A DNA stretch of 48,971 nucleotides from Actinomycetales bacterium (GCA_044447065.1 JBIOFK010000001.1:1-48971); one strand, 5' to 3'. Shown: positions 1-8,545, counted from the first letter of the stretch. The notes: generated from the sequence alone by a model not told the origin. Numbers and translations: made by a program.

Positions 1-840
1 CTCGGTGGGGAACGGTCCGGCGCCCACGCGCGTCGTGTAGGCCTTGATGATGCCCACAGCGCGGGTAATGCGGGTGGGCCCGATCCCCGACCCCACGCAG
101 GCGCCGCCGGCCGTCGGGTTGGAGGAGGTGACGAACGGGTAGGTGCCGTGGTCCACGTCCAGGAAGGTCGCCTGGCCGCCCTCCATCAGCACCACCTTGC
201 CCTCGTCCAGCGCCTTGTTGAGCACCAAGGTGGCATCGATGACCAGGGGGCGCAGCCGCTCGGCGAAGCCGAGGAAATACCGCACCACCTCGTCGATGTC
301 GATGGCCCGGCGGTTGTAGACCTTGACCAGCAGCTCATTCTTCTGCTGCAGCGAACCCTCCACCTTCTGGCGCAGGATCGAGGCGTCGAAGACGTCCTGG
401 ACTCGGATACCCAGCCGGGCCACCTTGTCCATGTAGGCCGGGCCGATGCCGCGCCCGGTGGTGCCGATGGCGCGCTTGCCCAGGAAACGTTCGGTGACCT
501 TGTCCATGACCTGGTGGTAGGGGGCCACGAGGTGGGCGTTGGCGGAGATGCGCAGCTTGGAGGTGTCGGCGCCGCGGGCCTGGAGGCCATCGATTTCCTC
601 GAACAGCGCCTCAAGGTTGACGACGCAGCCGTTGCCGATCACGGGAATGGCATTCGGGCTCAGGATGCCGGCGGGAAGGAGCTTGAGCTCGTACTTTTCG
701 CCGCCGACGACGACGGTGTGCCCCGCGTTGTTGCCCCCGTTGGGTTTGACCACATAGTCGACCCGGCCGCCGAGCAGATCCGTGGCCTTCCCTTTGCCCT
801 CATCGCCCCATTGGGCTCCGACGATCACGATTGCTGGCAT
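1..840 (-). CDS. purA: adenylosuccinate synthase, N-terminal ~280 codons (3' end lies beyond the window start)
   Basis: My own minus-strand translation from ATG (complement of 838-840) reads [60 protein letters not shown]... It carries the GDEGKGK P-loop and the GGNNAGHT motif. The frame stays open to position 1, so it is absent from the ORF track. A GGAGG RBS lies just upstream. Confidence 0.93.
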   Translation of the reverse strand, partial: MPAIVIVGAQWGDEGKGKATDLLGGRVDYVVKPNGGNNAGHTVVVGGEKYELKLLPAGILSPNAIPVIGNGCVVNLEALFEEIDGLQARGADTSKLRISANAHLVAPYHQVMDKVTERFLGKRAIGTTGRGIGPAYMDKVARLGIRVQDVFDASILRQKVEGSLQQKNELLVKVYNRRAIDIDEVVRYFLGFAERLRPLVIDATLVLNKALDEGKVVLMEGGQATFLDVDHGTYPFVTSSNPTAGGACVGSGIGPTRITRAVGIIKAYTTRVGAGPFPTE

Positions 841-1217
841 GGGATCCTCCCCCATTCGTTGCGGGCACTCCGGGCCGCGAAGCGAGCCAGCCGTGCGCCG
901 CACATCAGAATGCCCCGCCAACCCGGCATGCAACCTGCGCACGCCGAAGAATCCGGGGCTCTTACTGTCCAAGTTTAGCGGACCACGGCCGCGGCGGACG
1001 TCACGGGCCCGGGCAGGCACGGGAGCGGCGGCGAACAAACGGATGATTCTAGCGGATCTCCGTCTAGCTTTGCGGAATATTACGTGCCCCGGCGGCGCGT
1101 TTTTGGTAATAAGTTCAATCGGCGCTCTAGTTGACTACGACAAACTACGCGCCGGCGTCCTTCCGGACCCGGCGGAGCGGTCCGCAATGCCAGCGGGCCA
1201 AAGCCAAAGGATCAGCC

Positions 1218-2429
1218 ATGACCGATATCAGCCCCGTCGCCCGCCTGGAAGAGCCGCTGAAGTTCGCGTACTGGGTCCCGAACGTCTCCGGCGGCCTGGT
1301 GGTCTCGACCATCGAACAGCGCACCGGCTGGGATTTCGAATACAACAGGAAACTGGCGCGCATCGCGGAGAACTCCGGTTTTGAATACGCCCTCACGCAG
1401 ACCCGCTATGCCGCCTCCTATGGCGCGGACAAGCAGCATGAGGCCACGTCCTTTTCGCTGGCGCTGCTGGCCGCAACCGAGCGGCTGAAGGTCATCGCCG
1501 CCGTCCACCCCGGCATGTGGCACCCCGGCGTGCTGGCCAAATTCATCATCACCGCCGACCACATCTCCAACGGCCGCGCCGCCGTGAACATTGTCTCCGG
1601 CTGGCTCAAGGACGAGTTCACGAACTTTGGCCTGGACTGGCTTGAGCACGATGAGCGGTACGTCCGGACCGAGGAATTCATCCGGGTGCTGCGCGGGCTG
1701 TGGACGGAGACCGGCTATTCCCAGGCCGGCAAGTACTACTCCATCAAGGACTTCACCCTGCAGCCGGCCCCTGTCGATGTTCCCGGCCGCGCGCACCCCG
1801 ACATCTTTTTCGGCGGAAACTCGACCGCGGCGCAGGCCACGGCGGGCCGGGTGGCGGACTGGTACTTCTCCAACGGCAAGAGCCTGGAAGGCTTCAAGGA
1901 GAACATCGCCGGCGTCGTCGCCGCGGCCACGGAGACCGGCCGCGGCACCGACGGCGGGCTCGCTGCCCCCCGCTTCGGGCTGAACGGGTTCGTGATAGCC
2001 CGGGATTCCGAGAAGGAGGCGCGCGAGACGCTGCGGGAGATCGTCGCCAAGGCCCACCGTCCCGCCGTCGAGGGTTTCCGCGCGGCGGTCCAGGAGGCCG
2101 GCGCCGCGACGAAGGACGGCAAGGGCATGTGGGCGGACTCCTCCTTCGAGGACCTGATCCAGTACAACGACGGCTTCAAGACCCAGCTGATCGGCACCCC
2201 GGAACAGATCGCCGAACGGATCGTCGAGTACAAGAAGACCGGCGTGAACCTGTTCCTGACCGGATACCTGCACTTCCAGGAGGAGGTGGCGGCGTTCGGG
2301 TCCGACGTGCTGCCGATCGTGCGTGAGCTGGAGGCCGGACTGGCCAGGAAGAACGGCACCGAGCTCAGGCCGGTGGCCGCGCCCGCCGGGACCGCCGCCT
2401 CCGCCAGCGGCGACGGCGAGGCCGCCTGA
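1218..2429 (+). CDS. sfnG: LLM-class (luciferase-like) FMNH2-dependent monooxygenase, SfnG (dimethylsulfone monooxygenase)-like
   Basis: Frame of ORF 1131..2429, with the start moved to ATG 1218 (AAAGGA RBS about 7 nt upstream). KFAYWVPNVSGGLVVS, NIVSGWLKDEF and WLEHDERY match my recollection of the SfnG subgroup. The stop TGA overlaps the metY ATG (TGATG). Confidence 0.8.
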   Translation: MTDISPVARLEEPLKFAYWVPNVSGGLVVSTIEQRTGWDFEYNRKLARIAENSGFEYALTQTRYAASYGADKQHEATSFSLALLAATERLKVIAAVHPGMWHPGVLAKFIITADHISNGRAAVNIVSGWLKDEFTNFGLDWLEHDERYVRTEEFIRVLRGLWTETGYSQAGKYYSIKDFTLQPAPVDVPGRAHPDIFFGGNSTAAQATAGRVADWYFSNGKSLEGFKENIAGVVAAATETGRGTDGGLAAPRFGLNGFVIARDSEKEARETLREIVAKAHRPAVEGFRAAVQEAGAATKDGKGMWADSSFEDLIQYNDGFKTQLIGTPEQIAERIVEYKKTGVNLFLTGYLHFQEEVAAFGSDVLPIVRELEAGLARKNGTELRPVAAPAGTAASASGDGEAA

Positions 2430-3787
2430 TGGCCGAGCGCAGCTTCGGCTTCCGCACCCGCGCCCTGCACGCCGGCGGGACCCCCGACGCGGAGCACGGC
2501 GCCCGGGCCGTGCCGATCTACCAGAGCACCTCGTTCGTGTTCAAGGACACCGCGGATGCGGCGAGCCTGTTCGCGCTGCAGAAGTACGGCAGCATCTACT
2601 CCCGGATCGGCAACCCCACGGTGGCGGCGTTCGAGGAACGGATCGCCTCGCTGGAGGGCGGTATCGGGGCCGTGGCAACGGCGTCCGGGATGGCCGCCCA
2701 ATTCATCACCTTCGCGGCGCTGACCCGGGCCGGTGACCACATCGTCGCCGCCTCGCAGCTGTACGGCGGCACGGTCACCCAGCTGGACGTGACGCTGCGC
2801 CGCTTCGGCGTGGACACCACCTTTATCCCCGGCACGGATCCGGCCGACTACGCCGCGGCCATCCGGGAAAACACGAAGGCCCTCTTCGTCGAGGCCGTCG
2901 CGAACCCGTCCTCGGAGGTGCAGGACCTGGCGGCGCTGGCGGAGATCGCCCGGGCGGCCGGCATCCCGCTGGTGGTCGATGCGACCATCAGCACCCCGTA
3001 CCTGCTGCGGCCGTTCGAACACGGCGCGGACATCGTCATCCATTCGGCCACCAAGTTCATCGGCGGCCACGGCACCACGCTGGGCGGCGTCGTCGTCGAA
3101 AGCGGCCGTTTCAACTGGGGCAACGGCAAATTCCCCGCGATGACCGAACCGGTCCCCTCCTACGGCAACGTCTCCTGGTGGGAGAACTTCGGCGAATACG
3201 GCTTCCTGACCAAGCTCCGCTCCGAGCAGTTGCGCGACATCGGCCCCGCCCTGTCCCCGCTGGCCGCGTTCCAGCTGCTGCAGGGGGTGGAGACACTCCC
3301 GCAGCGCCTGGACAACCACCTCGTCAACGCCCGCGCGGTGGCGCAATGGCTGCAGGACGATCCGCGAGTGGCGTACGTGAACTATTCCGGGCTGCCCTCG
3401 CACCCGCACTACGAACGGGCACGGAAATACCTGCCGCTAGGCCCCGGCTCAGTCTTCTCCTTCGGGGTCAGGGGCGGCCGGGCGGCGGGACAGACGTTCA
3501 TCGAGTCGCTGCAGCTGGCCTCGCACCTGGCCAACATCGGGGACTGCCGTACCCTGGTCATCCATCCGGGCTCGACGACGCACCAGCAGCTGAGTGCCGC
3601 GCAGCTGGCGGCCGCCGGGGTGCCCGAGGACCTGGTCCGGATCTCCGTCGGGCTGGAGGACCTGGACGACATTCTCTGGGACCTGGACCAGGCGCTGGAC
3701 GCCGCGGCCGGTGCCGGCACTGACTCAGGCGCCGCGGCTGACTCCGGCGCCGCGGCAGGTACCCGCGGAATCGGGGCACGGGCATGA
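2429..3787 (+). CDS. metY: O-acetylhomoserine/O-acetylserine sulfhydrylase (PLP-dependent, Cys/Met metabolism family)
   Basis: ORF 2429..3787: FRTRALHAGG, PIYQSTSF, YSRIGNPT and HSATKFIGGHG (PLP-lysine context). It ends in a low-complexity tail TDSGAAADSGAAAG encoded by an 18-nt tandem repeat. Confidence 0.9.
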   Translation: MAERSFGFRTRALHAGGTPDAEHGARAVPIYQSTSFVFKDTADAASLFALQKYGSIYSRIGNPTVAAFEERIASLEGGIGAVATASGMAAQFITFAALTRAGDHIVAASQLYGGTVTQLDVTLRRFGVDTTFIPGTDPADYAAAIRENTKALFVEAVANPSSEVQDLAALAEIARAAGIPLVVDATISTPYLLRPFEHGADIVIHSATKFIGGHGTTLGGVVVESGRFNWGNGKFPAMTEPVPSYGNVSWWENFGEYGFLTKLRSEQLRDIGPALSPLAAFQLLQGVETLPQRLDNHLVNARAVAQWLQDDPRVAYVNYSGLPSHPHYERARKYLPLGPGSVFSFGVRGGRAAGQTFIESLQLASHLANIGDCRTLVIHPGSTTHQQLSAAQLAAAGVPEDLVRISVGLEDLDDILWDLDQALDAAAGAGTDSGAAADSGAAAGTRGIGARA

Positions 3788-4278
3788 GCGCGGAGGCCAG
3801 GACCTGGCAGGGTCCCTCCGCTCCGGAACGGCTGGGGCTGCTTAGGAAGGCCCGTTCCATCGCCATCGTCGGCGCCTCGGACAAGCCGTCCCGCGCCTCG
3901 TACTTCGTGGCCACCTACCTGCTGGCCTCCACGGGCTACCGGGTCTATTTCGTCAATCCCGTGGTGCCGGAGATCCTGGGCCGGCCCACGTACGCGTCGC
4001 TGGCCGACCTGCCCGAAAGCCCCGACATCGTGGACGTATTCCGCAGGCACGCGGATCTGCCGGGCGTGCTGGAGGAGGCCATCGCCGCCGGCGCCGGAAC
4101 CCTGTGGCTGCAGCTGGGATCCTGGCATGAGGAGGTAGCCCGGAAGGCCGGGGCGGCGGGAATGGCCGTGGTGATGGACCGCTGCGTCAAGATCGAGCAC
4201 GCCCGCTTCCACGGCGGGCTGCACCTGGCCGGCTTCAATACCGGCGTCATCTCATCCCGGCGCCAGGTCCTGCCCTGA
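3784..4278 (+). CDS. CoA-binding domain protein (YccU/YneT-like)
   Basis: ORF 3784..4278: IAIVGASDKPSRASYFV, VYFVNP and VDVFR are typical of the CoA-binding Rossmann domain. Its ATG overlaps the metY stop (ATGA). Confidence 0.85.
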   Translation: MSAEARTWQGPSAPERLGLLRKARSIAIVGASDKPSRASYFVATYLLASTGYRVYFVNPVVPEILGRPTYASLADLPESPDIVDVFRRHADLPGVLEEAIAAGAGTLWLQLGSWHEEVARKAGAAGMAVVMDRCVKIEHARFHGGLHLAGFNTGVISSRRQVLP

Positions 4279-4305
4279 CGCACCCACCCGCACGAGAGGC
4301 AATGA

Positions 4306-4497
4306 CCACATGGCCCAACGCGGCCAGGGACGCCGGCGGAGCGGATCCAGCGCTTCGCCGGCCTCGTCGGCCGCGAGCGCACCGCTGCCTCCACCGACTG
4401 CGGACTCGGCGGCCGGGTCCACCCGCAAACCGCCGTCGCCAAGCTTGAATCGCTCGGCCACGGAGCGGCCATCGCCTCCCGGCGGCTCTGGAAGTAG
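4306..4497 (+). pseudogene. start-less C-terminal remnant resembling a cobalamin-independent methionine synthase (MetE C-terminal domain) family protein
   Basis: 64 open codons follow an in-frame TGA at 4303-4305 and contain no ATG/GTG/TTG. They read PHGPTRPGTPAERIQRFAGLVGRERTAASTDCGLGGRVHPQTAVAKLESLGHGAAIASRRLWK*. The (N)xDCGL...KL...aa...R pattern is the usual C-terminus of MetE-like proteins. Confidence 0.35.
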
Positions 4498-4519
4498 CCC
4501 CCGCCGGCGCGGCGGGGGC
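4497..4519. terminator. GC-rich hairpin between convergent genes
   Basis: GCCCCCGCC-ggcgc-GGCGGGGGC, a perfect 9-bp stem. It lies between the end of the + strand unit and the stop of the DUF3151 gene (4533). Confidence 0.5.
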
Positions 4520-4532
4520 ACACCCGTCCGCG

Positions 4533-4952
4533 CTAGTGTTCCAGCCGGGCCCTGGCACTCGGGTCGGAGTCGTTCAGGAACGCTGCAATCCGCTCGGGTT
4601 CCTCAGGTTCGCCGATGGCCGCGGACGCCCGTCCCAGGGCGTAGAGCGCCCTGAGGAATCCGCGGTTGGGCTCATGCTCCCACGGAATGGGACCCGTGCC
4701 GCGCCAGCCGCTGCGGCGCAGGGAATCCAGCCCCCGGTGGTAGCCGACCCGAGCGTACGCGTACGAATCGATGGTCCGGCCCTCGGCCCACGCCTCCTCT
4801 GCCAGGATCGCCCACAGCAGCGAGGACGTCGGGTTCGCCGCCACCAGGTCCAGCGCCTCCCCGCCCTGGTCCAGCTGCCGGTAGACCTCGGTCTCGGCCG
4901 GCAGCAGCGTCGGCTCCGGGCCGAGCAGGTTGCGGCGGAATTCCTCGGCCAC
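4533..4952 (-). CDS. DUF3151 domain-containing protein
   Basis: ORF 4533..4952 with a GTG start. It reads ...LLWAILAEEAWAEGRTIDSYAYARVGYHRGLDSLRRSGWRG.GPIPWEHEPNRGFLRAL..., a conserved actinobacterial protein that normally sits downstream of fba. Confidence 0.8.
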   Translation of the reverse strand: MAEEFRRNLLGPEPTLLPAETEVYRQLDQGGEALDLVAANPTSSLLWAILAEEAWAEGRTIDSYAYARVGYHRGLDSLRRSGWRGTGPIPWEHEPNRGFLRALYALGRASAAIGEPEEPERIAAFLNDSDPSARARLEH

Positions 4953-5971
4953 TAGAGCGTCTTACCGGCGGAGCCGAGTCCCTGGGCCGCGACGACGACA
5001 CGGGCGGCCAGGCCCTTTTCCGCCGAGGCGCCCCAGACGCGCGGGTCGTAGGCCTTCTTGTTGCCGACCTCGCCGTCCACCTTGAGCACGCCGTCGTAGT
5101 TGCGGAGCATGTGGTCCGCCACCGGCCGGGTGTAGGCGTACTGCGTGTCGGTGTCAATGTTCATCTTGATCACGCCGAAGGAGACCGCATCCCTGATTTC
5201 CTGCTCGCTGGACCCTGATCCGCCGTGGAACACCAGATCGAACGGGTTGGTCTTCCCGATCTTGGCCCCGACCTCGGCCTGGATCTCCTTGAGGATTCCG
5301 GGGCGCAGCTTTACTCCTCCGGGCTTGTAGACGCCGTGCACGTTACCGAAGGTCAGCGCGGTGATATAGCGGCCGTTTTCGCCGGAGCCGAGGGCCTCCA
5401 CCGTGGCCAGCCCGTCAGCGACGGTGGAATAGAGCTTGTCGTTGATGGCGTTTTCGACGCCGTCCTCCTCGCCGCCGACCGCGCCGATCTCAACCTCGAG
5501 GATCATGTGCGCCGCCGAGGTGCGCGCCAGCAGTTCGCGGCCGATGCGGAGGTTTTCCTCCAGCGTCTCGGCGGATCCGTCCCACATGTGCGAATTGAAG
5601 ACCGGGTCCTTGCCCGCCTTCACCGCGGCCTCGGAGGCGGCCAGCAGCGGCAGCACGAACCCGTCCAGCTTGTCCTTCGGGCAGTGGTCGGTGTGCAGGG
5701 CCACGTTGACGGGATAGTTCCGGGCGACCTCGCGGGCGAAGGCGGCGAAGCCCAGCGAGCCGGCCACCATGTCCTTGACCGAAGCCCCCGACCAGTACGC
5801 CGCACCGCCGGTGGAGACCTGGATGATGCCGTCGGAGCCTGCATCCGCGAATCCCTGCAGGGCCGCATTGAGTGTCTGGGATGAGGTGACGTTCACTGCG
5901 GGGTAGGCGAAGCCACCGCTCTTGGCGCGGTCGATCATCTCTGCGTACTTATCAGGGGTTGCAATAGGCAT
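4952..5971 (-). CDS. fba: class II fructose-bisphosphate aldolase
   Basis: Frame of ORF 4952..6037, with the start set at ATG 5971 (MPIATPDKYAEMIDRAK) and AAGGAG 6 nt upstream. PAVNVTSS, IIQVSTGGA, HTDHC and FHGGSGS are present. The 22 upstream codons are encoded by DNA repeats and are unlikely to be coding. Confidence 0.93.
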   Translation of the reverse strand: MPIATPDKYAEMIDRAKSGGFAYPAVNVTSSQTLNAALQGFADAGSDGIIQVSTGGAAYWSGASVKDMVAGSLGFAAFAREVARNYPVNVALHTDHCPKDKLDGFVLPLLAASEAAVKAGKDPVFNSHMWDGSAETLEENLRIGRELLARTSAAHMILEVEIGAVGGEEDGVENAINDKLYSTVADGLATVEALGSGENGRYITALTFGNVHGVYKPGGVKLRPGILKEIQAEVGAKIGKTNPFDLVFHGGSGSSEQEIRDAVSFGVIKMNIDTDTQYAYTRPVADHMLRNYDGVLKVDGEVGNKKAYDPRVWGASAEKGLAARVVVAAQGLGSAGKTL

Positions 5972-5983
5972 GCTGGCTCCTTG

Positions 5984-6020
5984 TATGTCACGGGGTATGT
6001 CACGGCGTGGGATGTCACGG
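5984..6020. promoter_or_regulatory. three direct copies of (T/G)ATGTCACGG in the fba 5' region
   Basis: TATGTCACGG at 5984-5993 and 5996-6005, GATGTCACGG at 6011-6020. These lie 13-49 nt upstream of the fba start codon. Confidence 0.45.
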
Positions 6021-6134
6021 GCCGGGGCGCCGGCCAAGGCCGGCTACGGTGGCTGGTTCCATCCTAGCCATCCGGCGCCCCGCATGCCCGAAGGTGACAT
6101 TGCTACTGCGCCTTCGCCATAACGGCTCCGCTCG

Positions 6135-6172
6135 CCCGCTTGGGCTACGTTGGCCAACGTGGCCCAAGCGGG
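6135..6172. repeat. 38-bp near-perfect palindrome (19-bp arms, no loop, 1 mismatch)
   Basis: CCCGCTTGGGCTACGTTGG|CCAACGTGGCCCAAGCGGG, in the intergenic region between the peptidase stop and the fba promoter. Confidence 0.7.
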
Positions 6173-6240
6173 TCCGCGTCGCCCGAGCGGGCCAGCGTCG
6201 CCGGTGCGGCGCCAACCCGACGCGCGGACCGGGATGCCGA

Positions 6241-6269
6241 GGGCCCCCGTCCGGTGCGGACGGGGGCCC
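6241..6269 (-). terminator. 13-bp GC hairpin downstream of the S53 peptidase gene
   Basis: GGGCCCCCGTCCG-gtg-CGGACGGGGGCCC, 46 nt past the stop at 6315. Confidence 0.55.
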
Positions 6270-6314
6270 TTGCGCTATTCAGTTTGTGCCTGTCAGATAC
6301 CGCAGGCCGACGCT

Positions 6315-8387
6315 CTAGTCGTTGTTGCCGTGACCGCCGCCGTGGCCGTGGCCGTGGTCGGCCAGCGCCGCGGCCAGGCGGTAACTCATGCTGCCCACGC
6401 CCGTCACGTCGTCGTAGCCCTTGGCGGTAACCAGGGACGTGTCATGGTCCATGGTGAGCAGGTACTGGTTGCCCGAGGTCCTGCTGGTGTAGGCGAGCAC
6501 GGGCTGCTGGGCCAGCGGCCGAACGTCGTTGAAGACCTTCGGGCTGTCCTTGGCCACCTGGTACAGCACCGGATTTGCGAACCCGAGAACCTGTCCGGTG
6601 ACCTGCTGCGCCACAGCCACCTGGGCCGCGGTCAGCGGCGAGGCCAGCGACGTTCCGCCGTAGGTCACCGTGGTGTACGGGTCCGTGGAGAGCGTGCTGT
6701 CGTCGTTGATCGGGCTCAGGCCGATGGTGTACCCGGTGTACGGGTCAGCCAGGGATGATACGTCCGGGGAGACCCGCTTACCTTGGGCGAGGGAGTTGGG
6801 AACCACCCCGCGCTGGTAGAAGGGCTGGTCGAAGACGGCGCTGACGCCGCCGCCGGCACCCCCGCCGTAGGTGGTTCCCGGAAGCGGAGACGTGTAACTC
6901 TTACTGCCGTCCGGGTTGGTCACAATCTTGTCCAGGATGCCGCCCCAGCCGGTTTCGAACTGGTAGTTGCCGCGCTTGTCCACCGCCAGGGAGGTGCCGC
7001 CCACAGACGTGGCCCACGGCGAACTCGCCGGGAAGTCCGGCGAGGTGTAGCCCAACCGGGCGTTCTCGTCGCCGTTGTCACCGCTGGAGTAGTACAGGCC
7101 GATGCCTTCACCGGCTGCCTGCAGGTGGATGTTGACCTGTCCCTTGATGGCGTCCGCCGGAAGGGCCTCGCCCACGTTGCCATAGCTGTTGGAGACAATA
7201 TTGGCCAGCTTGTTGTCGAGGATCTTGGACATGGCGACATCGATACCGGCGCCGCAGTTGAAGGCACCTGCATAGAGGATGTTCGCCCCCGGTGCCAGGC
7301 CGTGCACGGAGTCAACGTCCAGGGCTTCCTCGCCCTGCCAGCCGCTCGGGAAACCGCAGGCCGCCTGGTCGACGAACTGGCTGGGAGTTGCGCTGATTTC
7401 CCGGTAGCTGGAGGAATTCATCTGCGGGAGGTTGTTGTCCCGGGAGAACTGGTTGACGTCCGCCAGCATGGTCGGGGACGCGTAGGCGTCGATGATGGCG
7501 ACCGTCTGGCCCTTGCCGTCCGCGGCGTTACCGTGGTTGCCCCGGTTGTCCGAATGGACGCCCTTGACATCGCCCAGACCGTACGCGCTCTGCAGCTGCT
7601 GCGGGGTGTACCCGCAGATGAAGGTGGGCGCCGTGGTCTTGCCGTATGCGGCCGGAATGGCGGCAATGTACTGGCCGAAATAGGTGGAGCACTGGGTGGA
7701 CACCGTCGCGGACTTGTCCGGTGCCGCGGCGTCCACCTGCGACGTGCTGGGCTTGACCCCGGCGGAGGAATTGTCATCCCCCTGCTTTTTCGAGTCCGGG
7801 TGCGTCATGAAACGGCTGCTGTCGATCGTGACGCCGGAAACCTTGCCGGCGATAGCGACCGGCAGTGAGGGAGCGGTGCTGGGGCCCACCAGGGTCTTGC
7901 CGCCCACGCTGTAGTTATGCAGCTGGGTGGCCATGGCCTTGTTGACCTGGTCGGCGGTGCCCCGGAACACAACGTACTGGCGGCTGTCCGGCACGGCGCT
8001 GATGGTCAGGCCCATGGAGGTCAGCTGGGCGACGACGGCGTCGGAGTCGGCCTTGGTGGGCGCGAACCGGGCAATCCACTGCTGCGGGCTCAGCCACTGC
8101 TTATAGGCCCTGTTGTCGGGTGAGGACACCGCCTGGGCGAAGGCTTCGGCGCCCTTCGCGTCGCGGAGCGGAAGAAAGATCTCGCCCTCCACGGTGGTGT
8201 CCGCCGCGGCGGCGCCCTGGTCATTGGCGGTCTTGGCCCAGGAGGGCACGGCACCGGGGAAGGAGGTGTCCGGTGACGGCGGCGCCGCCATCGCGGTCGT
8301 GGAGCCCAGGGTGACGGCACACGCGGTCGCTGCCCCGAAGGCCAGAATCCTGGCCAGCCTGCTGTGTTGCTTCAGTGAGTTGCCCAT
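6315..8387 (-). CDS. secreted S53 (sedolisin/kumamolisin-like) serine peptidase with pro-domain
   Basis: Frame of ORF 6315..8405; I prefer ATG 8387 (MGNSLKQHSRLARILAFGAATACAV..AMAAPP signal peptide). It has an N-terminal pro-kumamolisin-like activation region, SSGDNGDE, and the catalytic-Ser motif GGTSLASP. The tail is His/Gly-rich (HGHGHGGGHGNND). Confidence 0.85.
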   Translation of the reverse strand: MGNSLKQHSRLARILAFGAATACAVTLGSTTAMAAPPSPDTSFPGAVPSWAKTANDQGAAAADTTVEGEIFLPLRDAKGAEAFAQAVSSPDNRAYKQWLSPQQWIARFAPTKADSDAVVAQLTSMGLTISAVPDSRQYVVFRGTADQVNKAMATQLHNYSVGGKTLVGPSTAPSLPVAIAGKVSGVTIDSSRFMTHPDSKKQGDDNSSAGVKPSTSQVDAAAPDKSATVSTQCSTYFGQYIAAIPAAYGKTTAPTFICGYTPQQLQSAYGLGDVKGVHSDNRGNHGNAADGKGQTVAIIDAYASPTMLADVNQFSRDNNLPQMNSSSYREISATPSQFVDQAACGFPSGWQGEEALDVDSVHGLAPGANILYAGAFNCGAGIDVAMSKILDNKLANIVSNSYGNVGEALPADAIKGQVNIHLQAAGEGIGLYYSSGDNGDENARLGYTSPDFPASSPWATSVGGTSLAVDKRGNYQFETGWGGILDKIVTNPDGSKSYTSPLPGTTYGGGAGGGVSAVFDQPFYQRGVVPNSLAQGKRVSPDVSSLADPYTGYTIGLSPINDDSTLSTDPYTTVTYGGTSLASPLTAAQVAVAQQVTGQVLGFANPVLYQVAKDSPKVFNDVRPLAQQPVLAYTSRTSGNQYLLTMDHDTSLVTAKGYDDVTGVGSMSYRLAAALADHGHGHGGGHGNND

Positions 8388-8545
8388 TCGAGATCTTCCA
8401 CTCAACGAGGCACCTTTTGTGCCTGCACCCAGCCGACTGTATCCGCGGGAAGGCCACAGGCATAGTACCCACGGTCAAATAGTTCACAGGATTTTTACAG
8501 CGAAAAACAAAACGTGACCAAATCCGTTGTGCTAAGTCACTTTTT

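Noticed and set aside
148-978. 276-aa + strand ORF opposite purA. Similar long antisense ORFs include 1736..3409(-), 10970..12628(+), 14177..15955(+), 15796..17757(+), 17460..18887(+), 19925..21370(+), 21618..22955(+), 31659..33296(-), 33531..34676(+), 35716..36810(+), 36850..38067(+), 43011..44318(-) and 44451..45614(+).
   Set aside because: These are typical high-GC shadow ORFs. Their translations are Arg/Gly/Pro/Ala/His-rich with no motifs. Each lies exactly opposite a gene whose product has clear family signatures.
841-1217. Possible SAM riboswitch (S-box / SAM-IV) in the long leader before sfnG-metY
   Set aside because: I scanned for the S-box core (..GAGGGA..GGUGCUAA..) and for SAM-IV-like GAGUG.CAGCG / GGCAACCCUCC segments and found none. 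cmsearch would still be the decisive test.
5972-6037. 22-codon N-terminal extension of fba (MAGAPARDIPRRDIPRDIQGAS)
   Set aside because: The repeated RDIP comes from the DNA direct repeats ATGTCACGG. A strong AAGGAG RBS precedes the internal ATG at 5971, and MPIATPDKY is the usual class II aldolase N-terminus.
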